From an uncultured Gemmatimonadota bacterium (lineage in GTDB: Bacteria > SM23-81): a DNA stretch of 17,083 nucleotides. The notes under the pieces are model-generated. The model did no database searches and had not been told where the DNA came from. It saw only the letters and a program-made list of their open reading frames with translations. A program made the position numbers and the translations under genes. Positions 15,315 through 17,083 of this stretch are shown in pieces (positions within the stretch are counted from its first letter, which is position 1; each line of letters starts with the position of its first letter). The stretch is taken from assembly GCA_964584035.1 (NCBI GenBank), contig CAZOYL010000050.1:1-17083 (forward strand). Direction: 5' to 3'.

Positions 15315-15824
15315 TTATTCGCTTCCCTGAGATACTTTCACCCTGGCCGGGCGCAGCAGTCGATCCTTGAAAAAGTAGCCCTTCTGGAATTCCTCGGTGA
15401 CGATCTCGTCCCGGCCTGCGGGATCGACAACGACCATGACCGCCTCGTGAACCTGCGGATCGAAGGGCCGGCCGGAGGTCTCGATGGCCTTCAGCCCGAT
15501 GCCGGTCAGAAGGGAGATGAGGTTGCCATAGACCAGCTCCAGGCCCGAACGAATCGTGCTTGGGTCCTCCCGGGAATGAGCCAGGGCCCGCTCCATATCG
15601 TCCATGACCGGAAGAAGCTGTTTACACATCTCTCCCCGGACCTCATCGGTCAGCTGTTCCTCCCGGCGCTGGATACGCTTGCGATAGTTTTCGAATTCCG
15701 CCTGCAGCCGCTGCAGCTGATCGAGGTATGTGTCGCTTTCGCAGGTCCGGGGGAATTCCTCGTCCTGAGACGGCGATGGCTCCTCGCGTTCCTCCTCCAC
15801 GGTGATGTCGATTTCCCTTTCCAA
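15315..15824 (-). CDS. grpE: Nucleotide exchange factor GrpE (TTG start)
   Basis: LQRLQAEFENYRKR, LLPVMDDMERAL, FDPQVHEAV, QKGY....LLRPARVKV; AGGAGG before TTG. Confidence 0.95.
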   Translation of the reverse strand: MEREIDITVEEEREEPSPSQDEEFPRTCESDTYLDQLQRLQAEFENYRKRIQRREEQLTDEVRGEMCKQLLPVMDDMERALAHSREDPSTIRSGLELVYGNLISLLTGIGLKAIETSGRPFDPQVHEAVMVVVDPAGRDEIVTEEFQKGYFFKDRLLRPARVKVSQGSE

Positions 15825-15844
15825 GCAAATCCTCCTGAGAGATC

Positions 15845-15889
15845 TCCCGGGCGGGGCGCATCGTCGGCCGATCCGCCCCCCTCCCGGGA
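15845..15889. other. GC-rich intercistronic hairpin between hsp20 and grpE
   Basis: Nested arms TCCCGGG/CCCGGGA, GGGGCG/CGCCCC and ATCG/CGAT; no U-tract. Confidence 0.6.
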
Positions 15890-15893
15890 TGGT

Positions 15894-16277
15894 TTATTGC
15901 AGGCGTCGGACCGGTATCCGTCTCCTCCGGTTACTGTCCGTTCGTCGTTTCGGAATAGTCACCGAGAGGACGCCGTTGTCCAGGCGCGCTGAGATGCTGC
16001 TGGTGTCCATGACCTCTTCCGACAGCCTGATGTGGCGCTGGAAGGCGGCATGCCCGACCTCGCTCCGGAGGATCTTTCGCCCCCGGGGCGGAACCTGTTC
16101 CGGAATGCCGGTCACGGTGAGCGTGCCGTCCGTCATCCTGACGCTGATCCGGTCCCTGGGAACTCCCGGCAGATCCATGTAAAGCAGAAAACGCTCGGGG
16201 GTCTCCACCAGGTCGGTGCGCGGGGTGACGGCGTCTGCTGACCGGCGGTCAGCTTCCCTGTGGTGGTGCGTCAGCAT
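15894..16277 (-). CDS. Hsp20/alpha-crystallin small heat shock protein
   Basis: P.TDLVET...DLPGV....I.V...G.LTV.G...E.....FQR.I.L.......ISARLDNGVLSVTIPK and C-terminal I-P-V motif; GGAGGAGG upstream of ATG 16277. Confidence 0.92.
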   Translation of the reverse strand: MLTHHHREADRRSADAVTPRTDLVETPERFLLYMDLPGVPRDRISVRMTDGTLTVTGIPEQVPPRGRKILRSEVGHAAFQRHIRLSEEVMDTSSISARLDNGVLSVTIPKRRTDSNRRRRIPVRRLQ

Positions 16278-16309
16278 CGTCCCCACCTCCTCCTCTTCGT
16301 CCGGTATGG

Positions 16310-17083
16310 TTATTCGACCACCTCAAAGTCGGCATCGACGGTCTTTTCTTTGTCTTGCTGTTCGTCGGCAGCCGCCCCCGGCTGAGGACCGGCCTGATCG
16401 GAACCGCCCTGCGGACCGCTCTGGGCCGATGCCTGCTGATACATGGCGGCAGCGGCCTGCTGCCAGATCTGGGTCAGCGCCTCGCTGGCCGATTTGATCT
16501 CATCGATCCGATCGGTCTTGAGGGCCTCTTTGACGCGGCCAAGAGCCGCCTCGACCTTGGCCCTGGTGTCGGGATCGATCTTGTCGCCGTATTCCTTGAG
16601 GTTTTTGTCTATCTCATAGACCATTTGATCGGCACGATTTCGAGTGTCGATCTGCTCCCGTTTGACTTTGTCCTCGCCGGCGTGCGTCTGGGCATCCGAG
16701 ACCATCTTCTTGATCTCCTGCTCGGTGAGGCCGCTGGAGGCCTCGATGCGGATGCTCTGCTCTTTCCCGGTGGCCTTATCCTTGGCGGAGACGTTCATGA
16801 TGCCATTGGCGTCGATGTCGAAGGCCACCTCGATCTGAGGCATGCCCCGGGGCGCCGGGGGTATGCCGGTCAGCTGAAAGCGACCGATGGTCTTGTTGTC
16901 GATGGCCATCTCCCGCTCGCCCTGGAGCACGTGAATCTCCACCTGGGTCTGATGGTCCTGGGCGGTCGAGAAAACCTCCATCTTCTTGGTGGGAATGGTG
17001 GTGTTTCGCTCGATCAGACGGGTCATCACCCCCCCCAGGGTCTCGATGCCCAGCGACAGGGGAGTGACGTCCAGCAGCAGGAC
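16310..17083 (-). CDS. dnaK: Chaperone DnaK (Hsp70), substrate-binding domain and lid; 5' part lies outside the window
   Basis: Open from the window edge: [50 protein letters not shown]...[22 protein letters not shown], ending VDADFEVVE. Confidence 0.98.
   Translation of the reverse strand, partial: VLLLDVTPLSLGIETLGGVMTRLIERNTTIPTKKMEVFSTAQDHQTQVEIHVLQGEREMAIDNKTIGRFQLTGIPPAPRGMPQIEVAFDIDANGIMNVSAKDKATGKEQSIRIEASSGLTEQEIKKMVSDAQTHAGEDKVKREQIDTRNRADQMVYEIDKNLKEYGDKIDPDTRAKVEAALGRVKEALKTDRIDEIKSASEALTQIWQQAAAAMYQQASAQSGPQGGSDQAGPQPGAAADEQQDKEKTVDADFEVVE

Noticed and set aside
14718..15992. 424-aa plus-strand ORF
   Set aside because: Antisense shadow of dnaJ, grpE and hsp20 caused by GC-rich codon usage; no recognisable motifs.

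Overview
GC-rich bacterial chromosomal segment. All credible genes are on the minus strand. Read in transcription order (right to left): the 3' part of dnaK, then hsp20, grpE, dnaJ; a FmdB zinc-ribbon gene and a DksA/TraR-family gene; an envelope cluster (lipoprotein with two DNRLRE-like domains, two FadL/PorV-like outer-membrane barrels, a CpoB-like TPR lipoprotein, a membrane-anchored hypothetical, bamD, nadD); a class I/II PLP aminotransferase; a 1132-aa secreted double beta-propeller protein with a T9SS-type/FlgD C-terminal domain; and a secreted Asp-box protein that runs off the left edge and is missing from the ORF track. T9SS-type cargo together with canonical sigma70 promoters and Shine-Dalgarno sites suggests a non-Bacteroidota FCB-group lineage (inference). 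I saw no mobile element, CRISPR array, tRNA or rRNA. The most striking feature is a 1282-bp exact internal repeat in the propeller gene (offset 1629 bp). Its flanks differ only at synonymous sites and one edge is a G-run-rich tract, which points to gene conversion or assembly collapse. Other oddities are a probable ATA start codon, structured leaders before nadD and the aminotransferase, and a DksA with a variant coiled-coil tip. Most of the window is housekeeping, and no novel system can be firmly established from sequence alone.
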